Shown here: positions 1 through 8,378 of the stretch, piece after piece | Numbering within the stretch: the stretch's first letter is position 1 | Layout of the letters: the number at the start of each line of letters is the position of its first letter | The notes under the pieces: generated by a model | What the model was told of the DNA's origin: nothing | The model's input: the letters and a program-made list of their open reading frames with translations, nothing else | Database searches by the model: none | Translations under genes and position numbers: made by a program | DNA from: Bdellovibrionales bacterium | GTDB taxonomy: Bacteria > Bdellovibrionota > Bdellovibrionia > Bdellovibrionales > UBA1609 | Length of the DNA: 64,000 nt | Direction of reading: 5' to 3' | Assembly: GCA_965205945.1 (NCBI GenBank) | Contig: CBDBIB010000001.1 | Span: 384,525-448,524, forward strand

Positions 1-2361
1 GAACTCTTAGTTCATGAATATACACATATTTTAACCTTTCACAATACAAAAGGCCTATTTACACCTCTTCGTTGGATCTTTGGAAGCACTATCTCCCCTG
101 GGTACTTTATGCCCACATGGTACCAAGAAGGCCTTGCCATTTTTACTGAAACACACCTTTCAAACGGCGGCAGGCTTCGAACTGCCTCTTACAAAGCTTT
201 AAAAGATGAACTTAAAAGTTTAAGTATTTCCATTGCAAATGAGAGCTCTTCTGGTGTATACCCCTTTGGCTTAACTCCTTATGTTTATGGAGGCTGGCTT
301 AATCAGGAGTCATTTTCAAATATTAAAGATGCTGCTAAAGCTCACAAAAAATTTTCAGGCCGTTTCCCATACCTTATTAATGGAGGCTATAAGAAAAGTA
401 GCGGAAAAAATCTTTACTCTTCCTGGAAACTTCTTTTTGGAGCCAACAAAAAAGTAACCTCTTTAAAACACACTTTTATTGGAAGGCTTCCAAAATGGGA
501 TAAAACAACAAACAGTCTTTATTTTATCAAAAAAGATGCTTATCTTTTTGATGAACTCACTGTTCAAAATAAAAAGAACAAACCTAAAACCTTATTTACA
601 GCTCACAATATCCTAGATTTTAAAGTTCATAAGGAAAATATTTACTACTTAAGCCTTAATCTTCAAAATCAAGATCATCAAATTTACTCCCTTTTTTCAT
701 TTAACCTTAAAACCAAAAAAATCACTCGCTTAAGCAAAAAACAAAATATTCAAAGCTTTGATATCTTTGAAAATGGAAGCATTGCCTTTATTGATGCTAA
801 AATAAACACACAATCCCTTTATTTTGGAGTTTTAACAAAACTTAATAAAGCCACACAAATCTTTATAGTCTCTGCAGAAAAACGTCTTTCTTTCCCAAGA
901 ATTAAAAATAACTCAACAATTTTATTTGCATTAAAGAAAAACCATTCTAAAGAAACCGTAATCTCCATAAATATCAATACATTAAATCAAACCCCTCTTT
1001 TCTCAGTAGATCACCTTATTGGGCTTGAAAGAAATAAAGATACTTTTTATGCCCTACATGAGTCTAAGGGAATAAAATACCTACAAAACATTAACCTTAA
1101 TAAAAGTACACAAGTCCACTCCGGCATAACATCCTTAAACTTTAAAGATGACAATCATATTTTTTCATCTCGAATTTTATCCAAAGGGCCTCATATTTTA
1201 TCTAGCGATTTAAACAGTCTAAAAAGCAATGAAAAACCCATAAAAATTCTAAATCAATCCAAACCCTCTACTTTGATTAAAAAATCAGATCTAAAACATT
1301 CTTTATACTCATCTTTTTCTAAACTTAATCCCCACTACATTATCCCCAATGTTTTAGTCAGTCCCTATGGGTTTTCTGAAGAGTTCTTATACAGCATAAA
1401 TATTGGCAGCCAGGACCCTCTTAAGTTTAACTCATACTCTTTAAACATTTCCACTGATACTATTACCAAAAAAGCTTCCACAAATATAAATTACACTTCT
1501 CACCACTTCAGGTTACCCATTTCATTTTCAGCAGGCTTATTTAACAAACCCCTTTCCTTAAATTTATTTAAAAAGTCAACTTTTGCTACCCTTGGAACTG
1601 CTTATACCTTAAAAAGTGGTTTTGGAAAAAAACTAGATTTATTTCTAAGTACTTTGTGGAACCTTACAAATTTTAAAGCAAATGAAAAAATCAACCGCCT
1701 TGGCTTATCTTTAAACCTTTTTTACAATAATTCTGTTCTACGCTCTAGAGAACTTTCCCCCCGAAAAGGCTACAACTTAAATCTTGAGCTCAAACACTAT
1801 CTTCCAGGAACTACATACTTTAATTACACTCAAGCAAGCCTTAACTTAAAGCTTTTTACTGCTTCCCCTTTTATCAAAACCCATCGTTTAATCTTTGGAT
1901 TTAATTTTAAGATAAATAATAAAACTCTTCCATTTATTTTCTCATCAAATTCTTTAAACCAACCCTATAGATACACTTCACCTGGATCCTTTGCACTTAG
2001 AGGACTTCCTACAGGAGCGCTCTTTGCAACTGACTCCTTTGCCATTACACATTTTGAATACCGTTTACCCATTTTAAGTATCAATTGGGGACCTGGACTT
2101 TTGCCTTGTTTTTTAAATCGTATCACTGGTGCACTTACCGCCGACTATGGCTCAGCAAAAGGTGCTAGCTTTATAAACAAGCGCCTTATCAACCACTCAA
2201 TCCCGCTATATTCTGCTGGAGGCGAGCTCATTTTTGAAGGAAAACTCTTTTATCACCTTCCTATAAGCTTACAAATTGGAGCATATAAATTTTTAAACTC
2301 TGATATTTACTCAGGTCCACCTGAACTTTTTATAGGCTTTAACTTAAACCAATCTAGCTGA
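1..2361 (+). CDS. 5'-truncated (window edge) HExxH metallopeptidase-like protein with C-terminal Omp85/surface-antigen-like beta-barrel region
   Basis: Frame 1 is open from nt 1, upstream of the listed Met at 109. Nt 13-27 encode HEYTH (HExxH zinc signature). The C-terminal part has alternating-hydrophobic strands and 'SFALRGLPTG...FEYRLPI', resembling Omp85/D15 barrel motifs. Confidence 0.6.
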   Translation, partial: ELLVHEYTHILTFHNTKGLFTPLRWIFGSTISPGYFMPTWYQEGLAIFTETHLSNGGRLRTASYKALKDELKSLSISIANESSSGVYPFGLTPYVYGGWLNQESFSNIKDAAKAHKKFSGRFPYLINGGYKKSSGKNLYSSWKLLFGANKKVTSLKHTFIGRLPKWDKTTNSLYFIKKDAYLFDELTVQNKKNKPKTLFTAHNILDFKVHKENIYYLSLNLQNQDHQIYSLFSFNLKTKKITRLSKKQNIQSFDIFENGSIAFIDAKINTQSLYFGVLTKLNKATQIFIVSAEKRLSFPRIKNNSTILFALKKNHSKETVISININTLNQTPLFSVDHLIGLERNKDTFYALHESKGIKYLQNINLNKSTQVHSGITSLNFKDDNHIFSSRILSKGPHILSSDLNSLKSNEKPIKILNQSKPSTLIKKSDLKHSLYSSFSKLNPHYIIPNVLVSPYGFSEEFLYSINIGSQDPLKFNSYSLNISTDTITKKASTNINYTSHHFRLPISFSAGLFNKPLSLNLFKKSTFATLGTAYTLKSGFGKKLDLFLSTLWNLTNFKANEKINRLGLSLNLFYNNSVLRSRELSPRKGYNLNLELKHYLPGTTYFNYTQASLNLKLFTASPFIKTHRLIFGFNFKINNKTLPFIFSSNSLNQPYRYTSPGSFALRGLPTGALFATDSFAITHFEYRLPILSINWGPGLLPCFLNRITGALTADYGSAKGASFINKRLINHSIPLYSAGGELIFEGKLFYHLPISLQIGAYKFLNSDIYSGPPELFIGFNLNQSS

Positions 2362-2439
2362 TTAAACCTTTACCCTTCTTGACTTTGGGGTAACATAATT
2401 AAATGATTTAAGAGATGGTTTGCTACACTGGGGGATTTA

Positions 2440-2949
2440 ATGAAGATAGAACAAAATATCGAATGGATACAAGAACTCATTCGCAATGAGCAGCAAATGG
2501 AAACATCAGGACTTATTGATTTTTCTCCCATCATAAATAAGGACCACATTATTTTATCTTCTTCCATTGAGTTTTTAAAAAACTTAAAATCTGAATTTAT
2601 AAAAAACGCTGATATTTTTAATCAATTAAAAGGAAATTCAAATGGAACCATTAAAATTTATGGAATTGCAAAAACTCATGCTGATTTTATGATTTTTAGA
2701 AACGGCTATAAACTTGTTTTTAATATGCTCCACCCTGGAAAAATTCAAATTACATTTCACCACATGTCTTCACCATTTTTAGCATCGACCTCACCCCAAT
2801 CAACCCCCCCAAGTATTCCAAATGGAATTCTTGAAGCTACATGGGGGGCTTTTAATGAGGTTAGATGGGTAAGTGATAAAAAGCCTGTAAATCAAAATCA
2901 CTTAGTTAGGTTTTACTTAAGAAGTTTTGTACAAAATTCAACAAAGTAA
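2440..2949 (+). CDS. hypothetical protein
   Basis: 169-aa ORF with no overlapping better ORF; no recognisable motif. Confidence 0.5.
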   Translation: MKIEQNIEWIQELIRNEQQMETSGLIDFSPIINKDHIILSSSIEFLKNLKSEFIKNADIFNQLKGNSNGTIKIYGIAKTHADFMIFRNGYKLVFNMLHPGKIQITFHHMSSPFLASTSPQSTPPSIPNGILEATWGAFNEVRWVSDKKPVNQNHLVRFYLRSFVQNSTK

Positions 2950-2953
2950 GCTG

Positions 2954-3343
2954 CTACTTAATTGCTTTTAACACTTTTTCTAAAGCCTCAAGTTCATTAA
3001 GATTTATATTTACTTCCTGTGCAATTTGAAATGCCTTTTCACCTTTTTTTAAACGAGCAACAATATCTTGATATGTCACAACATCTATTCCTTTTTTAAT
3101 AGATGAGACTCTATCCCCTGTAGCCTCTAACAAACTTTCTAGGCCTATTATTTTAACCGCAGAGTTTTTATTAAGTTTATACAGTATGAAAACCAACACA
3201 AATTGAATTAAAAATATAATTAAAAATATAATTAAAAATAAGGTGACCTGATCGCCTCTAATTATAAAATCTAATAAAACCTGCTTTAAAGGCTGGCTAA
3301 TCGTTTCACTAGCTAAATTACTCATAAATAAATTATGAAGCAC
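2954..3343 (-). CDS. hypothetical membrane protein with in-frame 12-bp tandem repeat
   Basis: 129-aa ORF with one hydrophobic segment 'LFLIIFLIIFLIQFVLVFILY' encoded by the repeat at 3206-3241. Confidence 0.45.
   Translation of the reverse strand: MLHNLFMSNLASETISQPLKQVLLDFIIRGDQVTLFLIIFLIIFLIQFVLVFILYKLNKNSAVKIIGLESLLEATGDRVSSIKKGIDVVTYQDIVARLKKGEKAFQIAQEVNINLNELEALEKVLKAIK
3206..3241. repeat. 3 x 12-bp tandem repeat (AATTAAAAATAT)
   Basis: Read directly: aattaaaaatat aattaaaaatat aattaaaaataa. In frame (4 codons per unit) in the minus-strand ORF, giving IIFL repeats. Confidence 0.8.
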
Positions 3344-3357
3344 TTTAAAGCCTACGC

Positions 3358-4536
3358 CTAGGCCAGTTCTTTAATAAATTCTTTAATTCTTACTACACCT
3401 TTTATAAAAACCTCTTCACTTACAACAAAACTCATTCTTATAAAGCCTGGACAACCAAATTCAAAGCCAGGAACAACAACAACTGCTTTTTTCTCCAAAA
3501 GAAGCTTACAAAATTCTGAATCTGTCATTTTAAACTTTTCTAAGACACCTAATATATTCACCCAAAAATAAAAGGCTCCTTTAGGTTTTTGCAAGCTTAC
3601 ACCATCAATGGACAACAAAAGATCATAGCCTTTTTTTGCACGAGTCTTAAGTATTGCAACGGATTTTGCTATATCCGCATGAGCCCCTCTTACTCCCGCC
3701 TCTGTGGCAACTTGTGCCATAGCATTTGGACAGCCTGTTGTTTGACTCTGATATTTTGAAATCACTCCTATAATATCAGTTCCGCCAATAGCCCAACCAA
3801 TTCGCCAGCCTGTCATGGAGTAAGCTTTTGAAGCTCCGTTAATAACCACTGTTCTTTTAAAAAAAGATGGTTCTACATCAAATAAATGGGGACACTCACC
3901 TTCTTTGCCCCAATAAAGATCAGCATAAATATCGTCTAAAATAATTTGAACATCAGGATATGATTTTAAACAGTCTACTAAAATTTCATAATCTTTTTTG
4001 TCAAATATATTACCCGAAGGATTATTCGGAGAATTTATCAATAAAACCTTAACTCCAGAGGCTAGAGCTTTTTTAAGATTAGTTTTTGAAAGAGAAAGAT
4101 CAGGATTTAAAGAAATCAACTCTGAGACTCCATTAGAAATTTTAACCATTGTTGTGTAGCTGGCCCAAAAAGGAACAAAAATTCCAACCTTATCCCCTGG
4201 ATTCAATAAACCCCACAGGGCTTCTTGAATTGCATATTTAGCTCCTGGAGTGATCACTATATTTTTATTACTAACTTTAAGTCCATAGCGTTTTGAAAAT
4301 TTATTAACCAAAGCATTCTTAAGTTCTGCTGTGCCTGAGGCTGGAGTATACTTAGTTCTACCGTCTGTAATCGCTTTAAGACCAGCGGCCTTACACACTC
4401 CAAATGTTTCCCAGTCGGGCTCTCCCACAGACAAGGACACTACATCAACACCTTTAGATTTAAGTTCCATGGCTTTTGTTGCCAGTGCTAATGTTGGTGA
4501 ATCCTTAATTTCATCAGATCTTTTTGACAACTTCAC
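3358..4536 (-). CDS. aspC: class I/II PLP-dependent (aspartate-type) aminotransferase
   Basis: 392 aa; 'LSVGEPDW', 'NSPNNPSG' and PLP-lysine context 'NGASKAYSMTGWRIGW' are typical of AspC/AspB-type aminotransferases. Confidence 0.85.
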   Translation of the reverse strand: MKLSKRSDEIKDSPTLALATKAMELKSKGVDVVSLSVGEPDWETFGVCKAAGLKAITDGRTKYTPASGTAELKNALVNKFSKRYGLKVSNKNIVITPGAKYAIQEALWGLLNPGDKVGIFVPFWASYTTMVKISNGVSELISLNPDLSLSKTNLKKALASGVKVLLINSPNNPSGNIFDKKDYEILVDCLKSYPDVQIILDDIYADLYWGKEGECPHLFDVEPSFFKRTVVINGASKAYSMTGWRIGWAIGGTDIIGVISKYQSQTTGCPNAMAQVATEAGVRGAHADIAKSVAILKTRAKKGYDLLLSIDGVSLQKPKGAFYFWVNILGVLEKFKMTDSEFCKLLLEKKAVVVVPGFEFGCPGFIRMSFVVSEEVFIKGVVRIKEFIKELA

Positions 4537-5045
4537 TTTTTATCACCTCTTAATTCTTTTATTTTCAACACCAGTGCATCTTCAATATGCTCAGGAACAA
4601 ATTTTAAAACACTTCCTTTATACATTGCAATTTCCTTAACCAGCCTTGACGATAAGTCTCTAAATTGAGGCCTGCAACACAACAATAAAGTTTCACAGTC
4701 AGAAAACATTTCATAATTTACATTGGCCAACGCCTGCTCTGCCCTAAAATCAACAGAGGATCGTGCTCCACGCACAATACAGTTTACTTTATATTCTTTT
4801 ACAAAATCTATAGTTAAACCCGGCCATCCTATCACATCAACCTTATTTTTATCTAAAAGATCCAACTTAGCTACAGTTTCTTGAATTAATTTAACACGTT
4901 CTTTTACTGTAAATATTAAATTTTTATTAAATGGTTGGGCCACAAGTATATATAATTTATCAAAAAATCTATGAGCACGCTCTATTATATCAATATGACC
5001 ATTTGTTAACGGATCAAAACTTCCAGGGTACACCGCTCTTTTCAT
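4533..5045 (-). CDS. coaD: phosphopantetheine adenylyltransferase
   Basis: N-terminus 'AVYPGSFDPLTNGHIDIIERA' is the CoaD nucleotidyltransferase signature; size 170 aa; 4-nt overlap with the downstream gene. Confidence 0.93.
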   Translation of the reverse strand: MKRAVYPGSFDPLTNGHIDIIERAHRFFDKLYILVAQPFNKNLIFTVKERVKLIQETVAKLDLLDKNKVDVIGWPGLTIDFVKEYKVNCIVRGARSSVDFRAEQALANVNYEMFSDCETLLLCCRPQFRDLSSRLVKEIAMYKGSVLKFVPEHIEDALVLKIKELRGDKK

Positions 5046-5055
5046 AAATCCTCCT

Positions 5056-5604
5056 TTATATGTTTTTTACTACATAAGTATATAAAGATTTATCTCCATA
5101 ATTCTTCATCTTTTCTACAATTAAACTCCCGCATTCATCCACAATCTCCTCACCCTTAACATATTCAATAAAAACCTGAGAGCCTTGATTAAAAGCTTTT
5201 GATTCAGCCAAAGCTTTTAATACTTTAGCACCGATTTTTTGGGTAAAAGGTGGATCAATTAAAATATAATCAAAACTCTCATTAACTTTAGTTAAAAATA
5301 AAAAAATATCTTGTGATCTGTATATAGATGCAAATCCTGCAGATAAGAGCGTCTTATTTTTTAAAAAAATTTTCCTTGAGTCATCTCCACTATCAACAGA
5401 CCAAACCACCTTAGCACCTCTAGATATAGCTTCAAAACTAAGACTCCCCGTACCTGTAAATAAATCTAATACTCTAGCCCCTACAATATCAGACCCAATC
5501 ATATTAAATATTGTCTCCTTTACTCTATCCGTTGTAGGACGAATCTGATTTGACATAAACTTTATAAGCTTTCGTCCACCCCATTTTCCAGAAATAATTC
5601 TCAC
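5056..5604 (-). CDS. rsmD: 16S rRNA (guanine966-N2)-methyltransferase RsmD family
   Basis: 'MRIISGKWGGRKL...RPTTDRVKE..FN', 'DLFTGTGSLSFEA' and 'DPPF' motifs; conserved rsmD-coaD adjacency. Confidence 0.88.
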   Translation of the reverse strand: MRIISGKWGGRKLIKFMSNQIRPTTDRVKETIFNMIGSDIVGARVLDLFTGTGSLSFEAISRGAKVVWSVDSGDDSRKIFLKNKTLLSAGFASIYRSQDIFLFLTKVNESFDYILIDPPFTQKIGAKVLKALAESKAFNQGSQVFIEYVKGEEIVDECGSLIVEKMKNYGDKSLYTYVVKNI

Positions 5605-5948
5605 AACAAATTCTCCACTTTAGATAAGATTGCAGCAAAATCTTTAAATGGTTTTTTTAAAAAAGTTACATTAAATTTTGAAAAATCTTTTTTTTCAAGG
5701 TCATCCATAAATGCCGACATAAGATAAAGGTGAGAAACATCATTAAGATACCCTTCAAGAGCCAGTTCCTTTGAACTTCCATCTACTAAAACATAATCTA
5801 AGAAAACAACATCTATTTTTTGATTCTTTAAAATTTCTTTAGTTTCAATAATACTCTTGGTTGCTACACATTCAAATCCTATTTGTTTTAACTTTCTCAT
5901 TAAAATTCTAGAAATTGCAGGCTCATCCTCTACAACTAAAGCTTTCAC
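5601..5948 (-). CDS. single-domain response regulator (receiver only); start revised to GTG at 5948
   Basis: 'KALVVEDEP...DVVFLDYVLVDGSS...KKPF' receiver motifs. The listed Met at 6020 would overlap the kinase gene by 56 nt. GTG at 5948 is preceded by GGAGAG with a 6-nt spacer and lies 17 nt after the kinase stop. Confidence 0.8.
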   Translation of the reverse strand: MKALVVEDEPAISRILMRKLKQIGFECVATKSIIETKEILKNQKIDVVFLDYVLVDGSSKELALEGYLNDVSHLYLMSAFMDDLEKKDFSKFNVTFLKKPFKDFAAILSKVENLL

Positions 5949-5964
5949 TATAGACTCTCCAATT

Positions 5965-7725
5965 TTACATAAGTGGAATATTAATACTAAAGTAAGCTCC
6001 CTTATCCTGCAAGCTTCCAAAAGAAAGATTTCCTTTATGCAACTTTACAAACTCATTTACTAAGAATAAACCAAACCCACTACCTTTTTCCTTATTCTTA
6101 GTTCCAAATAAAGACACATTATTCATATCATCAGGAATTCCTGGCCCTGTATCTTTAAATAACAATACAGCCTCACATTCATTCTTTTTAAGAGAAATTC
6201 TAATAATACCTTTTCCATTCATAGCCTCAACAGAATTTTTAATAACATTAAAAATTAACTGACTCAAAAGCGTATTAGATCCAAAAATCCAAATATCTTC
6301 ATCTAAATCCATAAAAATCGATGTATTTCTCGTCAACACCTTTGTTAAAATCAATGAACTTTTCACAACTTTTGAAAAATTTATTCTAACGAATTTAATT
6401 TTTTTAGATGAGAACTTCTTTAAATCCTCAATAATGGAAAGACACCTTCCTGCTGCAGATGAAATTTCTAATAAATCCTCAGTTGTTTTCCCTTTAAAAT
6501 CACGACTCATTTCATAAGAAAGTTCTAATATTCCAGTTAAAGGATTATTAAGTTCATGGGTTAGAGTTTGAGTAACAAGCCCTAAACTTTGAAGCTTGCC
6601 TCTTTGAATTTTTATAGATTCTCTTTTTTTAGAATTATCTTCGGTTTCATAAATATGAAGATAAAAACTATTACTCAAGCTCTTCACCTTAGAAGAGTGC
6701 ACTACATATGCTTCGTCTGATAAAATAACTTCTCTAACAAAAGATTCTTCTTGATTTTCGTTTACTATAGGGCAGCCCTTACATGGAGCATCTTTATTAA
6801 ACATATATTTATAACATTTTAAATTAAGACTATCTCTATGGTTTGAAAAAAGAATTTTAAAATCAGAACTAATCAAAAGAGAAGTGCTCTGAATTTGTTG
6901 AAATGCTTGTGAAAGAAAATATGAATTTTTAGATAGGCGCTCACTTTGAAGAACTCGAATAAAATTTGTGAAGAGAAGTTTTTTTAGCATCATTAAAAAA
7001 TAATCTTTTTCAAAAAATTCTTCTTGAGACTCAAAAAGAGCGTACAAATTATCTCCTGTATCTAAGGACTCTGAATAAATCTTAAAATAATTTAAAACTG
7101 GCCTTGATAGTAAGTTTGCAAAATTTTTCCTGTCTTTTATAAATGTAAGCCAATTTGTAACATTCTTTATTCCATTAATTTTTCTAGCAGCGTTTCTTGT
7201 ACATAAGAATCCCTCCTCAGCATTAATATAAATTAATGATACTTTTATACCTTTGCGCTTTAAGAGCCTTAGATTTTCTGTTTCATAAACAAGCTGCTCA
7301 ATAGTATTTACACCCAACAAACGTATAACATACTCACCAAGCCCTTTAACATTAACAGACTCTTTTTTATAAACATTTGATTCTTCCTTTAATAACGATG
7401 TCAATTTTACTGTATCATGAATCTGATCATCTATTGCACTCATTGCCAGTTTATTTTGATCTATCTGATCTATTTTAAAATTTTCTTCCAAAACCTCTTT
7501 AATCTTTTTAAACGATTCATTCTTTGAAAAAAAGAAATTAAATATATTAAAAGAGCCTAAAGTATTAATATCACCCCAAAAAACTTTTTTAGTTCTCCTA
7601 AGAAAGTTATAGGCTTCTTCATCTTTATCTAATAAAACATAATCATACAATGCTATCTTTTCTTTTGTATTTTCAAAGAAAACACTTTCATTTACAAGAT
7701 TCTTATATGGCGTGCACAACTTCAC
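5965..7725 (-). CDS. cytoplasmic sensor histidine kinase
   Basis: H-box 'LTHELNNPLTGI', N-box 'IFNVIKNSVEAM', G-boxes 'DTGPGI' and 'GSGFGLFLV'. No obvious TM segment. Cys cluster 'CYKYMFNKDAPCKGCP' lies upstream of HisKA. Confidence 0.88.
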   Translation of the reverse strand: MKLCTPYKNLVNESVFFENTKEKIALYDYVLLDKDEEAYNFLRRTKKVFWGDINTLGSFNIFNFFFSKNESFKKIKEVLEENFKIDQIDQNKLAMSAIDDQIHDTVKLTSLLKEESNVYKKESVNVKGLGEYVIRLLGVNTIEQLVYETENLRLLKRKGIKVSLIYINAEEGFLCTRNAARKINGIKNVTNWLTFIKDRKNFANLLSRPVLNYFKIYSESLDTGDNLYALFESQEEFFEKDYFLMMLKKLLFTNFIRVLQSERLSKNSYFLSQAFQQIQSTSLLISSDFKILFSNHRDSLNLKCYKYMFNKDAPCKGCPIVNENQEESFVREVILSDEAYVVHSSKVKSLSNSFYLHIYETEDNSKKRESIKIQRGKLQSLGLVTQTLTHELNNPLTGILELSYEMSRDFKGKTTEDLLEISSAAGRCLSIIEDLKKFSSKKIKFVRINFSKVVKSSLILTKVLTRNTSIFMDLDEDIWIFGSNTLLSQLIFNVIKNSVEAMNGKGIIRISLKKNECEAVLLFKDTGPGIPDDMNNVSLFGTKNKEKGSGFGLFLVNEFVKLHKGNLSFGSLQDKGAYFSINIPLM

Positions 7726-8066
7726 GAGATTTTTTCTAAAACCTCTTTTTCAACTAAAATACTTAAGTTTTTATCCTGATTGATTATTGTGATTACATAA
7801 TCATCTTTTTCTTTACTTAAAGTAAGGTACTCATTACGATAACTCATATCTAAGTTAAAAGTTTTCCAGTCTATCATAGAGTATGTAATAATTTTATTCT
7901 CTGATTCTATTAAAGCTTCAATCAGATACTTTCGTGTTAAAAAAAAATGCTTTATATCAACTGCATCAAGACGTTTAAATTCTAAGATAGCTAAGTCATT
8001 CAAACGAATAATCTCCTCTAAGATTTTATTCCTTTCAACAACAAAACTAAGTATTTTCTTTTCCAA
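7722..8066 (-). CDS. hypothetical protein, first gene of the two-component operon
   Basis: 114-aa ORF overlapping the kinase start by 4 nt (translational coupling); helical, no diagnostic motif. Confidence 0.5.
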   Translation of the reverse strand: MEKKILSFVVERNKILEEIIRLNDLAILEFKRLDAVDIKHFFLTRKYLIEALIESENKIITYSMIDWKTFNLDMSYRNEYLTLSKEKDDYVITIINQDKNLSILVEKEVLEKIS

Positions 8067-8326
8067 TTAAACCCCCATAAGATTATTCCTAGTAAATATT
8101 ATAAATGATGATTCATATAAGCTGTTAGCCAATAATTTGGCTTGCATCACTAAGTCTAGTGTTAGCACCAGCTTAATTATAATTCTTAAAAATTATAATA
8201 GTTTATAACAGCTGGCCAAAAGTTTAACAGACTAGTTTTGTTTCATTACAATACAATTTTTCTTTCTATATTCATCTTTTTGACTCTAAAAGCAGTTACC
8301 TTGGCTAAGAAAAAATGCCCCTGCTT

Positions 8327-8341
8327 TGGCACAGATTATGC
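8327..8341 (+). promoter_or_regulatory. candidate sigma54 (-24/-12) promoter
   Basis: TGGCAC-agatt-ATGC: perfect TGGCAC, GG-N10-GC spacing, 4/5 match to TTGCW. Lies 38 nt upstream of the ATG at 8379. Confidence 0.4.
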
Positions 8342-8365
8342 TCCTTTAAAAACAAAAGATCGCTC

Positions 8366-8374
8366 GGGGGGGGG
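8366..8374. repeat. homopolymeric G9 tract
   Basis: Nine consecutive G in an AT-rich genome, 4 nt upstream of the ATG at 8379. It would also lie in frame (GGG) if the upstream TTG at 8238 is used. Confidence 0.8.
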
Positions 8375-8378
8375 CTTT

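Noticed and set aside
2370-2567. 65-aa minus-strand ORF
   Set aside because: It overlaps the start of the 2440-2949 gene on the opposite strand and has no RBS or motif.
4331-4639. 102-aa plus-strand ORF
   Set aside because: It is antisense to the well-supported aspC-like and coaD genes.
5857-6063. 68-aa plus-strand ORF
   Set aside because: It is antisense to the response regulator and histidine kinase genes.
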